Source of the DNA: a virus
Taxonomy: Duplodnaviria > Caudoviricetes
Direction: 5' to 3' (one strand)
Length of the DNA: 61,084 bases
Virus record (IMG/VR): IMGVR_UViG_3300037313_001227
Span: 1-61,084 of that record
Positions 17,632-27,700 of this stretch are shown in pieces; positions within the stretch are counted from its first letter, which is position 1, and every line of letters begins with the position of its first letter. The notes below the pieces were generated by a model. The model worked only from the letters and a program-made list of their open reading frames with translations. It did no database searches and was not told the DNA's origin. Both the position numbers and the translations under genes were made by a program.

Positions 17632-18396
17632 TTACTGGATCACTTCTATCCGGAACCACGACCCTGTAGAGTCGATGTCCACTGTCGTGTCACTCTCGAC
17701 CTGAATGCTAAGCTCGAAATAGTCACCAGCACTGCAGTAAATTTCTGGTGAGAACAGCTGATATGCTGGTGTCGTGCTGCCCGTCTCAAATGTTGCCACC
17801 GCGACAAATGCGCCGACGCCGTTCATCTTCATAGATAGCTGAACCCACTGGTCAGCAGTGATGTTCAGCAGCCTGACCTGCGCGCTTAGCCGCACACACG
17901 CAGAGGGCCAGCTGGCCGGGATGGTCAGCCGGCTATTATTGGTTACCGTGTTGTGCAGGTCGTACGCGTCAGAGGCGACCGTGCCGAAGTCAGTATCCCA
18001 GCCCAGCACTGTGGCAGTCGTAAAGTCTTGACCGGTTAGGTTCGCTGACTTTGTGACCGTAGTGAAGATTGGTTGAAGCTGCAGGCTGGGGGCGATCAAA
18101 TAGACGCGCTTCGTACCCGCTGCGAAGTCCACAGGCGGTGTCGCTGACCCGCTAAGCGGGGTTGTGCGCGCGAGCCCAGTGGCACCGTCGAACGTGCCAA
18201 TGCCGACCTCCCAGTCACCGCTAGGTGCCCCAGAAACACTGACCGCTTCAATAAGATAGTAGCATGTGCCGCCACTGCCCCCAATGCCTGCACTGAAGGT
18301 CTGGTAACCTGTAACGGCACCGGCCAACGTAAAGTCGCTAGTTCCGGTTGTCGTGCTCGTTTCAAGAACACGATCAGCAGTGACATTTACCGGCAT
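17632..18396 (-). CDS. putative tail fibre/receptor-binding protein
   Basis: DRVLETSTTTGTSDFTLAGAV N-terminus; C1q/TNF-like beta C-terminus; atypical codon usage. Confidence 0.55.
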   Translation of the reverse strand: MPVNVTADRVLETSTTTGTSDFTLAGAVTGYQTFSAGIGGSGGTCYYLIEAVSVSGAPSGDWEVGIGTFDGATGLARTTPLSGSATPPVDFAAGTKRVYLIAPSLQLQPIFTTVTKSANLTGQDFTTATVLGWDTDFGTVASDAYDLHNTVTNNSRLTIPASWPSACVRLSAQVRLLNITADQWVQLSMKMNGVGAFVAVATFETGSTTPAYQLFSPEIYCSAGDYFELSIQVESDTTVDIDSTGSWFRIEVIQ

Positions 18397-18420
18397 GCTC
18401 TACCCCTCGAAATCGGGTGA

Positions 18421-18954
18421 TTAGACGCTCGATGCGGTGAAGGTGTAGGTCAGCAGCAGCTGATCACCCGAAACGACCGACTTGGAGCTCGAGAAGGCCG
18501 CGGCCGAGAACAATGTTCCGGTCGTTGCGCTCTTGGCGCTCGCCGACGCCAGGAAGGCGCCGTAGACCGTCTTGGTCGCGTTGAAGGTGAAGGTCGCCTT
18601 GTTGGCTGAGTTGGTCGTCGACTGGCTCGACGCTGCCGCTTCGTTGTACTGCTGCCGCGTGGTCTCGTCGTAGGCCGTGCACTCGGTCGAGGCCGACGTG
18701 ATCGTCGCCGCGGTGACCGTCGCCACCGGCGTGTAGTTGCCCTCGAACACACCGAGATACCAGGTGGTGACCTGGGTCGAGCCGTGCAGCAGCACGTCGA
18801 GCAGGTGATTGAGTCCCTCGTTGACGACCAGGTTGTGGTCCTCGAACTCGTCGATGACCTTGCCGTCGCGGACGATCTGCCCCTGGAAGACGCCGCCAAC
18901 CACCAGTCCCTGCTGCGGCATGAGGACGCCGCCAGCGGTCGGAATATAGTCCAT
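18421..18954 (-). CDS. putative tail/fibre protein
   Basis: HNLVVNEGL..LL motif; Thr/Ser-rich. Confidence 0.6.
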   Translation of the reverse strand: MDYIPTAGGVLMPQQGLVVGGVFQGQIVRDGKVIDEFEDHNLVVNEGLNHLLDVLLHGSTQVTTWYLGVFEGNYTPVATVTAATITSASTECTAYDETTRQQYNEAAASSQSTTNSANKATFTFNATKTVYGAFLASASAKSATTGTLFSAAAFSSSKSVVSGDQLLLTYTFTASSV

Positions 18955-18965
18955 GCTCAACCCCC

Positions 18966-20018
18966 CTATCGGTCGACGGCGCGAATGATTTCCGCGTCGA
19001 CGTAGTCCCCAATGCGAGTATTAGCTGACGGACCCCCCGCGCTATCCATCGCAGCGACGTAATGATTAGCACCAAGGTCCTGCCGAAACAATCCCGCTGC
19101 TGATGTGCCGGCCGGCAATAGCAGGCGGTCTCGTGTGAGATTGAAGACCGTGCCTCCGTCGAAGCCGGCAAGCACGCCGTCGTCGCTCAGGCAAACGATC
19201 GCGGTGTCGGTCGGAACCGGGCTGTTGCGCGCCTGCGGGTGGACCAGCTCGGCCGGCATCGCGACCCCGGAACCGGGCAACACCGCACCCGTTGTCATCT
19301 GCTGGAGCTTAAAGGAGTTGAGCACGCCTTGCAGGAAATAAAGGCCCCCTGTCGTCCCGACGTACAGCCCGTCGCCAACCGCCATCACCAGCGTGATGTC
19401 GTGCTCGAACTGTATGAAGCCGCCAGTGCGGTCGACAAAGTGGTAGCGCCACAGCTCGGTCGCCCACAGCGTCTTGCCCTGAGCGAGGTAGATGCGGCCC
19501 TTGTACGCCTCAATCTGAGTAGCCTTGGGTGGGTCTCCGAGCAGCGTCCCGCCTACTTCGCCGAGTGTCTCAGTCGGCGTGTAGACCGGTGACAGCCATG
19601 TGCCCTGGCCGGCCGTATCTCCCCATGGCTCGACCGTCTCGGCCAGCGAGATCACGCCCGACGCATCGCGCGACGAGAAATAGACTTCGTCGTTGACCTC
19701 GGCGTAGCAGACTGGGGCGGCGCCGACATCGACACCGAGCGTATAGAAAACGGGACCAGGGCGGATGATGCCAAGAGTACCGTCTTTGACGCCGTAAACC
19801 TTGCCTGCGAGCGGTCCCTTGACGCTGTGCCAGTCACCGGCAAGCGATAGGATGTATCCTCGACGGCGGCGAAGCTGACCCGCGTCATCGACATCGACAT
19901 TGAGCGCCCTCTCCAGTTCGTCGGCCTTGAGCCGCTCGGGCGCGACGGTGTTCTTGAGCCCGCTGAACGCGCCCAGGATGATCGAGTCCGGCAGGTTGGG
20001 GTCGGGCGGCTGCGGCAT
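18966..20018 (-). CDS. putative tail nozzle/tubular-B-like beta-propeller protein
   Basis: FSGLKN...NVD.D..G.LRRR.G start typical of nozzle proteins; TAATG coupling. Confidence 0.6.
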   Translation of the reverse strand: MPQPPDPNLPDSIILGAFSGLKNTVAPERLKADELERALNVDVDDAGQLRRRRGYILSLAGDWHSVKGPLAGKVYGVKDGTLGIIRPGPVFYTLGVDVGAAPVCYAEVNDEVYFSSRDASGVISLAETVEPWGDTAGQGTWLSPVYTPTETLGEVGGTLLGDPPKATQIEAYKGRIYLAQGKTLWATELWRYHFVDRTGGFIQFEHDITLVMAVGDGLYVGTTGGLYFLQGVLNSFKLQQMTTGAVLPGSGVAMPAELVHPQARNSPVPTDTAIVCLSDDGVLAGFDGGTVFNLTRDRLLLPAGTSAAGLFRQDLGANHYVAAMDSAGGPSANTRIGDYVDAEIIRAVDR

Positions 20019-20308
20019 TAGTGAGTCCTGATCCGCAGTACGACCGACTGGTCGTACGTACGCCCCAAACTGGTCGTAACTCGATTGAGCAAAATGCACT
20101 TGGTATCGGTCGTGCCGCCGGACAACCACACAGTGGAAAGTCCGCTTACAGCGAAGCTGCTAGAGTCGATAACAACATCACCCTGCACGACAGACCAATC
20201 AGAACTGACCAGTTCTTCTGTAGCCTCGAGCCGAGGGTTGACTGGGTCGTTCCAATCTAGCTGATAATCAAGGATCTCGTCCGTATCCTTAGACGGCCAT
20301 GTCAGCAT
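20018..20308 (-). CDS. putative fibre-tail adaptor
   Basis: KD..E.LDY..DW...VWLSGG...TT..GR motif. Confidence 0.6.
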   Translation of the reverse strand: MLTWPSKDTDEILDYQLDWNDPVNPRLEATEELVSSDWSVVQGDVVIDSSSFAVSGLSTVWLSGGTTDTKCILLNRVTTSLGRTYDQSVVLRIRTH

Positions 20309-20336
20309 TTCATCCCCCCACTAAATGTGTAACATG

Positions 20337-22808
20337 CTAAGCTGCAGCATCCAAGCTAGGTACCGACGTATAGCGTTCGGGCACGATTGCCACGGATGCA
20401 TGCCGGTCCATGGGCTTCACCGAGACCTTTCGGCTCATCGGCTTCACCACTACGTAACGACGCACCTCGCCAACATCATCCACGCGCTCGGGTGGCGCAG
20501 TGTGGACAAATTGTAGTGCCTGCCAATTAGCCGCGCCGCGACCATGGCAAAAACCTTCTGCCTCGGCAATCGAGGTGCATGCTCCAATGGCTACGCCGAA
20601 GCCGCGCGCCAACGCGGCGCCGGTCGCATATACTTGACCCACAGCCAGAAGGTCGCCGACGGCTTGAGCCGTAAACGCCGCATTGTTCGATACTTCGCTG
20701 AAGAAGCTAACCGTGACGCCCCACGGGATGTCTCCCGACGCATGTGCCAAGCCGTCAGTTCGCGCGTCGACACTTCCGACGCCGCTCAGCGTACCGGTAA
20801 TCTCGATGATTTTCTCGCTGACACCGAGTACGTCGCCGCTGGCCGCGCAGCTTCCGGTTGCTGCGGCGATCGAGCTGCCGATGGCATCCAGTTCACCGTG
20901 GCCCTGCGGAACGGTGAACACGCCAAGAACCGTGCCATCGGTGAAGGCTTGCAGCAGCCCATGTCCATCGAGAGCACCCGCAGACGCCAAACGGAGAGCC
21001 GAGCCAGCCGTAAGCTGCCCTACGCCTGCCATTGTACCTACGGCTGAGACAATGGGTGCACCGCGAGCGTTGATTGCACCAACGCCGAAGAAACTGGCCG
21101 AGGTCTGCAGGAACGCCCGCCCGACAGCGGTTAAGGCGCCTATACCGCTGGCCTGGCCGGCGCTTAGAAGCGAGCCGTCGGTAAAGCTGGCCAGACCACC
21201 TAACCCGCTGGCTGTGCCCGCTATTGAATTGATCGCACGGCCGACAGCAATGATACCGCCATTGTCGTTAGACGCACCATCAGCGCTAATCCGCCGTTTC
21301 TTGGCTTTACCCGTGGCTGCAACGATCCACGTGCCGCCAGCAGCAATGGAGCCCTGACCTGCCATCGTGCCACGAGCTGCGGCGATTGAGCCGCCGACAG
21401 CTGCTGCTGAGCCTACGCCTGCACTTGAACCAGCGCTTGCGTTCGTGATCGACGCGAAAGCAGCAAAGCGGAAGTTGACAATGATGCGCGAGAACGAGCC
21501 ATTCTCGCCCTGCAGTGTGCCGACGCCGGTCAGCGTGCCTGCACCGGATGCAGTAAGGCTGATAGCGCCAGCCAGAGCCCCCACGCCGCCCATAGAGCCG
21601 GTTGCGGCAGTCACAGCAGTACCGACAGCCGCTACGTCGCCATTGCCAGCTGCAGCGCCGTCAGCCGCAACCGTAGCGAAGCTAATGGCTGTGAGGTCCC
21701 CTGTACCGCTTGCCGTCAGATTAGAGCTGGCAATCGCCTCACCTGTAGCGGTGACGTCACCTGTGCCTGATGCTGCCCCTGCGCTTCCGTTGAAAGCTGC
21801 TCCAACAGCTGCGCAGGTTCCGACACCTGCTGCAGCAGCGACACCGCTGAAAATACCGGCGCCCACAGCACCAAGCGTGGCCGTCCCTGCTCCAGCGCCT
21901 GCGCCACCTGTGACGGCGGTGCCGACCGCGGTGAGACTACCGGTGCCTGATGCAGTGACGCTGGAACCCGTAGGCACGACATCACCGACACCAGCTACAT
22001 CGCTCGTGCCACGAAGGGCACCAATGCTGCCGTATTCGATCCAGGCATTCACCTCGACCTTCGAGACCATCAGCCCGTCTACCGGGTCTAGCCACGCGTC
22101 CGTCTCGACCTTCGAGACTACCAACCCGTCTGCCGGGTCTAGCCACGCGTCCGTCTCGACTTTACTGACCTCAAGTCCCGAGGCTTGGGTGCCAGAAAGC
22201 TGAACTTGAAACTGAACCCACGCCGCCACAGCGCCGTTGACGCTGACCGCCCCGGATGCCGTGCCACTGGTCGTGATACTCTTTTCCAGCCACGAGTGGC
22301 GCGTATTGGGTGTGGCGCTGCCGTTATTGTAATCAAAGGTCCACCCAGTAGGCTGGGCCATACCGGTGTTAATTGCAGAGGCGTCAATCAGGACCGCAAG
22401 GACATTGTCCCGCGTCGTGTTTCCGCCAGCGCTGGTGTGCGGGTTTGTCGTGCCTGACCCCACTGCCCCGAGCAGAATGATCCCGGCCACATCCATGACA
22501 TTCTGCGGATCGGTGTAGTAAAGGACCTGCGCCGAACAGGCGGCGGCCCCTGTCCATGTAAACACCGGAGCGGCGCTACCTTGCGCTGCCTTCCACAGTG
22601 AGACCGTGAAGCTCGCGCCACTATTCTGCTGTGTGACCTTGCTCCACCCTGTGGTCGAGCAGGAATGCGTTGCATTGTTCTTAGATATGCAGATCGCGAG
22701 GAACGCACCGCTGCCGTTGGTATCAACGGTCGGTAGATTCGCCGTCAGGGTAGCTGCGCTCGCCGACTGTGCGAATGCGCCCTGGGACCGATTGACAGGA
22801 CCAGCCAC
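20337..22808 (-). CDS. Gly/Ala-rich fibre-like protein
   Basis: Many short G/A repeats; internal 17-aa triple repeat. Confidence 0.6.
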   Translation of the reverse strand: MAGPVNRSQGAFAQSASAATLTANLPTVDTNGSGAFLAICISKNNATHSCSTTGWSKVTQQNSGASFTVSLWKAAQGSAAPVFTWTGAAACSAQVLYYTDPQNVMDVAGIILLGAVGSGTTNPHTSAGGNTTRDNVLAVLIDASAINTGMAQPTGWTFDYNNGSATPNTRHSWLEKSITTSGTASGAVSVNGAVAAWVQFQVQLSGTQASGLEVSKVETDAWLDPADGLVVSKVETDAWLDPVDGLMVSKVEVNAWIEYGSIGALRGTSDVAGVGDVVPTGSSVTASGTGSLTAVGTAVTGGAGAGAGTATLGAVGAGIFSGVAAAAGVGTCAAVGAAFNGSAGAASGTGDVTATGEAIASSNLTASGTGDLTAISFATVAADGAAAGNGDVAAVGTAVTAATGSMGGVGALAGAISLTASGAGTLTGVGTLQGENGSFSRIIVNFRFAAFASITNASAGSSAGVGSAAAVGGSIAAARGTMAGQGSIAAGGTWIVAATGKAKKRRISADGASNDNGGIIAVGRAINSIAGTASGLGGLASFTDGSLLSAGQASGIGALTAVGRAFLQTSASFFGVGAINARGAPIVSAVGTMAGVGQLTAGSALRLASAGALDGHGLLQAFTDGTVLGVFTVPQGHGELDAIGSSIAAATGSCAASGDVLGVSEKIIEITGTLSGVGSVDARTDGLAHASGDIPWGVTVSFFSEVSNNAAFTAQAVGDLLAVGQVYATGAALARGFGVAIGACTSIAEAEGFCHGRGAANWQALQFVHTAPPERVDDVGEVRRYVVVKPMSRKVSVKPMDRHASVAIVPERYTSVPSLDAAA
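22038..22180. repeat. 51-bp tandem repeat (about 3 copies)
   Basis: CCGGGTCTAGCCACGCGTCCGTCTCGAC at 22082 and 22133; encodes GL.VSKVETDAWLDP.D. Confidence 0.85.
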
Positions 22809-22810
22809 GG

Positions 22811-23794
22811 TTACGCGGCCTCCACGTAATCCTCGGCGTTATTGAATGAGGTCTGCGACCACGCCGCGGCAGTCGCAGGATCACTCTCAGCAATATACCT
22901 TCGTGGTGAGTAACCGCTGGTAAGGCTCAGCCCCGAGCTAGAGTAATTCGTGCTCCCGCTGCGTACTCCGACCTTGCCATCGGTGACGACGCCGCCACCT
23001 ACGCGTCCACGAACATTGATTACGCGCCCAGCAATGGACATCGTAGAAGGTACGGTAATCGCGCTATGGGTAAAGCCCTTCTTGCCTGCCGCCGCCAGTA
23101 CAACCGCTGTACTCTCGTCAAGCACCGCCTCGTTCACGTCGGTATAGGTGCCGGTGCCGGAAGTGTTGGCCGTACTGTTACCATTGATCGCTGCGGCCAT
23201 CAGGTGAGCGTCACGAATGTCGTAATCGGCACACATGATCTGCGAGAAGTAACTGCCTACCGCACCACCAGAAGTCACTCCGCCAAAGCGAAATTCGTCT
23301 ACAGATGAAACGCCGTTAGTTGGCACCACTGCTGAACTAGCGACGCTAGTCCCAGCGATAAACAACTCGTGCGAGACGTTAGGGACAACGTGCATTACGA
23401 TAGTGTTTAAAATATTCTGTGTCGGCGAAGCAGCACTCGATCCCCAGTTGACCCACGAATTTGTACCCGTGTTCCAATACTGGACTGTGATATTAGCGGT
23501 CGGGTTCCAGAATAAGCGGTAGGCGTTCACCCCACCGCTGAACATGGTCACGACCCCGTTGTTCGACGTGTAACCAGTGTGTAAATCGAACCGTAGCCAA
23601 AAGCTGCCAGTGATGCTCGATGAGCCATCCATGAAGGGGGCATTGATGCTAGCGTAATCATTGCCCAACGGCACGACAACAGCGTTAGAAACATAGCTAC
23701 TGTCGAACTTCCCTGCCGTGGTGGCTTCAGTCACGAGCGTCGAGAAGCGCGTCAACCCTGCGAGGCTGTTGATGCCAAAATAGCGCTTGGCCAT
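22811..23794 (-). CDS. putative lectin/LamG-like receptor-binding protein
   Basis: Beta-rich and Ser/Thr/Asn-rich; lower GC. Confidence 0.5.
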   Translation of the reverse strand: MAKRYFGINSLAGLTRFSTLVTEATTAGKFDSSYVSNAVVVPLGNDYASINAPFMDGSSSITGSFWLRFDLHTGYTSNNGVVTMFSGGVNAYRLFWNPTANITVQYWNTGTNSWVNWGSSAASPTQNILNTIVMHVVPNVSHELFIAGTSVASSAVVPTNGVSSVDEFRFGGVTSGGAVGSYFSQIMCADYDIRDAHLMAAAINGNSTANTSGTGTYTDVNEAVLDESTAVVLAAAGKKGFTHSAITVPSTMSIAGRVINVRGRVGGGVVTDGKVGVRSGSTNYSSSGLSLTSGYSPRRYIAESDPATAAAWSQTSFNNAEDYVEAA

Positions 23795-23796
23795 TG

Positions 23797-24252
23797 CTAC
23801 CTCCCGATCAGCTGGCGGTAGGTCCGCTCACGAGCCTCGAACATGCGCTGCTGGACGTGGGTACTGTCACCGAGCTTGCCGTCGCCTTCAGCCTCCAGCA
23901 CAGCGTACTCCATCGCCTCGCGCACCTCACTGACCAGCGGCTTCAGGAACTCGTTCTTGGTGTTGACCGAGATACCGACGGCCGAGATGACCACAGGGTA
24001 GACGCGCTCTGCACGCGGTCGCAGCTCATCCGGCAGGCCAGAAGGTAAAGCCCGCTCTGTCAGCCATGCATGGCTATAAGCGCGCTTCTTGAAGGTGATG
24101 CTCTCAGCCGTCGTGCGCGCATGGTGCATGACGATCTCAGCGTCCTCGCGTGTCTCAGGCTGCGGCAGGTGCGGCGCGGCCATCGCCCACGCACCTCGCA
24201 GTGCATCGACGTCGCCAGCTTCCAGCAAGGAGCGGAAAGCCGAGCCCGACAT
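23797..24252 (-). CDS. hypothetical protein
   Basis: ATG at 24252, just after the upstream stop. Confidence 0.6.
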   Translation of the reverse strand: MSGSAFRSLLEAGDVDALRGAWAMAAPHLPQPETREDAEIVMHHARTTAESITFKKRAYSHAWLTERALPSGLPDELRPRAERVYPVVISAVGISVNTKNEFLKPLVSEVREAMEYAVLEAEGDGKLGDSTHVQQRMFEARERTYRQLIGR

Positions 24253-24256
24253 TGGT

Positions 24257-24685
24257 TTAGTCCAGCGTGATTGCGGTCGCGGTCGTGAGACGCGGAGTGA
24301 CGCCGTTGCCAGTGACGATGTTCGGCGTGACCGTGCCTGAGAACAGGATCGCCGCGGCGCCGCCACCGGTCTTGCCCGTCGAACAGTGCGTAACCGTGCC
24401 AGAGCCGCCTGTGCCCTGGGCGAAGTCGATGTTCGCAGCCGGCGAAACACTACCGGCAGATACCGTCCACCCTACGTTCGTGCGCGCGACACTCGCGCGC
24501 GCATAGCTCGTGTAGGTGACCTCGCTGGTCGACATATCACCAGTGTCGCCTGGGTCAGCCGTATGAAGCCCAACCGCGATGTTCGTCTGCGGCGTGCTGG
24601 CTGCATTGTCCGCGTAATTGCCCCACGCGGTCGCCGCGAAGATCAAATTGAGGATCGCGTTCTCGGTCGTGTTTGAAATCGACAT
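24257..24685 (-). CDS. putative tail fibre subunit
   Basis: EN.IL...GLHTADPG...EV.Y.SYAR motif. Confidence 0.6.
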   Translation of the reverse strand: MSISNTTENAILNLIFAATAWGNYADNAASTPQTNIAVGLHTADPGDTGDMSTSEVTYTSYARASVARTNVGWTVSAGSVSPAANIDFAQGTGGSGTVTHCSTGKTGGGAAAILFSGTVTPNIVTGNGVTPRLTTATAITLD

Positions 24686-24705
24686 TTTCAGTCCCCCCTA
24701 TACGA

Positions 24706-27700
24706 TTAGTATCTTATGGCCTGCTGACCGGCAATATCCTTGATGTCGACGCCCAACGGCAGACCAAGAGCCTGAGCGCGTGCCTGTGCGCGCATTCGCT
24801 GCCGGATGCTGCCCTCGACCGACGGCATCACCGCGAACGCCGGATTGGCGCTGTCGAACTGCTGAACCTGGCCGAACAAGTCACGGGCGTTATCCTGGTC
24901 GCCGCTGATGAGCGCGTCCGCAAGCTGGCTGCGCAGGTTCGATGCCTGCCGCGTCAACTGGTCCTTGCGCACGCCGGCGTCGCGTTTGCGCTCACGATAA
25001 TAAGCCAGATCCGCCGGCGCGAAACCGAGCGCTTGGGTCAGGATGGCGTTGGTCGACGGGGTCGAGATCGGCAGCTGCTTGCCGTTGCCGTCGACATAGC
25101 CCTTCTCGGTCATGCGGTACGACTTCACCAAGCTACCGAGACCGACCGGGAGCAGCTGCGCCATGCCGTCGATGACGTTGCCGTCCATGATCGTTTCACC
25201 GCCCTGCAGCGCCTGCGAGGCGAAGCTCGCCGGAGCACCCCAGCTGCGTACCGCCAGGTCCTTGACCCGGTCCTTGAGCGCACGACGATCGGAGATGAAC
25301 TTGGAGAACGGGAAAATGTCCTGCTCGCCGACACGCTGCGAGATGTCGACCCCGGCCGCGCGTGGTGCGCCCTTGGCGATCACTTCCTCGATGTCATGGC
25401 CGAACAGGTCGGTCAGCCAGTTGCGGTACGCCGCCTGGATGTTACTCGGTTGACCGTCGTCATCGCCGAGATCCTTGAGCTTGTCGAACGCCGCGGCAAA
25501 CAGCGTCGCGAACGGCAGGCCGAGCGAGCCAGCGAACACCGTCGTCGCCGCTACATGGGCGAGCAGGAACTTGCGCGCTTCGGAGCGCAGCTTGGGATCG
25601 TCACCGGCGATCGCCGTGTGCATGTCGAGATAGAACCGCTGCACCAGCTGCGAGGTGTAGGTCATGAACTGGGTAGCGAGCGGGGTGTACGCGCCGAACA
25701 CGCCGCGCTTACCGAACATGCGGCCCTGCATGTCCTGGGCGTAGTTCCACAGCGTGTCTTCGATGAACGGCGCCGCCGCCTGCGCTGCATCATACGGGCT
25801 GAGCTCGGAATTGAGCTTGTAGTGCGCGAGCGCGGTCAGTACGCGGCTGAAGGTCTCGGCATAGTAGCCCGGTGCCGACGCAAGCCGCTGAACCTTGTTC
25901 AACGGACTTTCCTCGCTGCCATCGACTGCGCGCGTCAGCTCACGGTTCGGACCGCCGATGTCGAGCTGGCCGGTGTTGGCGAGGTGCATCAGATATTCCG
26001 CGGTCGACTTACCGACGCCGGCGCGTTGCAGTGCACCGAGACTGATCACTGCATCGAACGACCGCGCAGCACTGATGTCGTAGCCGTCCCTGAACACCTG
26101 GCGCATGATCGCGAGGGCTTGGCTGGTCGAGCCGGACATCGCCTTGGCCGCCTTGACGAACCCGTACTTGGCGCCGAGCCGCGGGTAGACCAGCTGGGGG
26201 ATCTGGACCACCTGCATGGCTACGAACGCCGGTGACAGGCCCAGCGCCCATGTATTGGTCGCCTGACGCACCGCGTCGATCACCGGAGTACGCTCGACCA
26301 TCGGCCGCTCGGCATCGCGCCGGCTAAGCTCGTCGACTACTTCGGTCATGCCGTTGCGAGTGTTGATGTCGGTCTTGTCGAGCGACGAGCCCTGCGCGCG
26401 GTCGACCGCCAGGCGCATCTTGCCGAACGCCTCGGTGATCTTCGGCGCCACCGCCATGCCGACATGCGCGTCGATGCCGATCTTCTGGCGATCGAAGAAG
26501 CTGTCGAACATGTTGGGGTCGAAACCCGGCACCGCGTTGCGCTGGGTCATCACCTTGCTCAGCGAGTTGTCGGGCATGATGTCGAGCGCCGCGGTGCGCG
26601 CGGTGTCGATCAGGCGCTTCTTGTCGGCAGCGTTGAGCGTGTCGTCACCCTCGATGCGTTGAATGTAGCTGTTGAGCCAGCGCGGTCCGAACGAGCTGCG
26701 GAGGCGGCTGTCGTCGCGCTTGCCCGACTGGATCGCATGCTCGACCTTACCGGTCGATGCGTCCTTCGCGTCGCGACGCACCACGCCCATTTTCTGCAGC
26801 CGCTCGGCCGCTTCGAGCAGGTTGCGCTGCGCCACCTCGTCCTTGACCCGGATGTAGATATGATCCTGGTTGCTCTCGCTCGAGATGACCCGGCCGAACT
26901 CGGCCAAGTGCTCCGCGGCCGCGGCCAGCGCCTTGGGGTCGACGCTGCCATCGGTCAGCGTGCGCAGCTTCATGTCGACGAAATACTCGCCGTCGCGGCC
27001 GAGGTGGAAGTAGGGCACATCTTCCAGTCGCTTGAGCAGCGCGCCGAGATCCTGGGCGCCGGTTTCGAGCCGCGCAATGTGATCAGTCAGCTCGCTACGC
27101 TCGCGGCCCTTCATGCTGTCGGCCTTCTGCTTCTGGGCCGAAAGGAAGATGTTGAGCGCGTTGATGCGGTCGATGATCGCCTGGCGCCAGAAGTTGCGCG
27201 TGCCCTGGATGTCCATCTCCTCGGACGCCGCCTTGGCCATGAACTCGTCCATCGGCGCCGTCTTGAACGCCGGGATCAGATTGCCGCTGATCTTGTCGGC
27301 CGTGACGTCGAGATGCAGGCCAGTCGCTTTCGGCGCCAAGATGGCGATGTCGTTGAGCGCACGCAGGTCGTGGTAGACCTGGAGGTTGTTGGTGCTCGAC
27401 AGCGAGCGCACTTTCGACGCAGCGTCGCGCAGGATGCTCTTGAGGTTCGCCGCGTTCTTGGCGGTGCGCACCTCCTCGGACTGCTTGTCCCACCCGCGCA
27501 GCGGATTGAGGCCGTACTGGCTGAGCTGCATCAGCTGGTTGATCGCTTCATGCGCCTTGGGGTTGGTACGCTTCAGCCGGTCGACGGTGTCCTTGGCTTC
27601 GGTCACCGGCTGCGACATGCGCGAACTCATCGCGTGCTTGCTGTTCATCGCCGCACGGCGCTCAACCACGCCGTTGCCCTCGGGGATTGTGAACTGCGGA

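Noticed and set aside
14915-23794. Diversity-generating retroelement acting on the fibre genes
   Set aside because: No reverse transcriptase and no TR/VR pair differing at adenines was seen; the only repeat is an in-frame 51-bp tandem.
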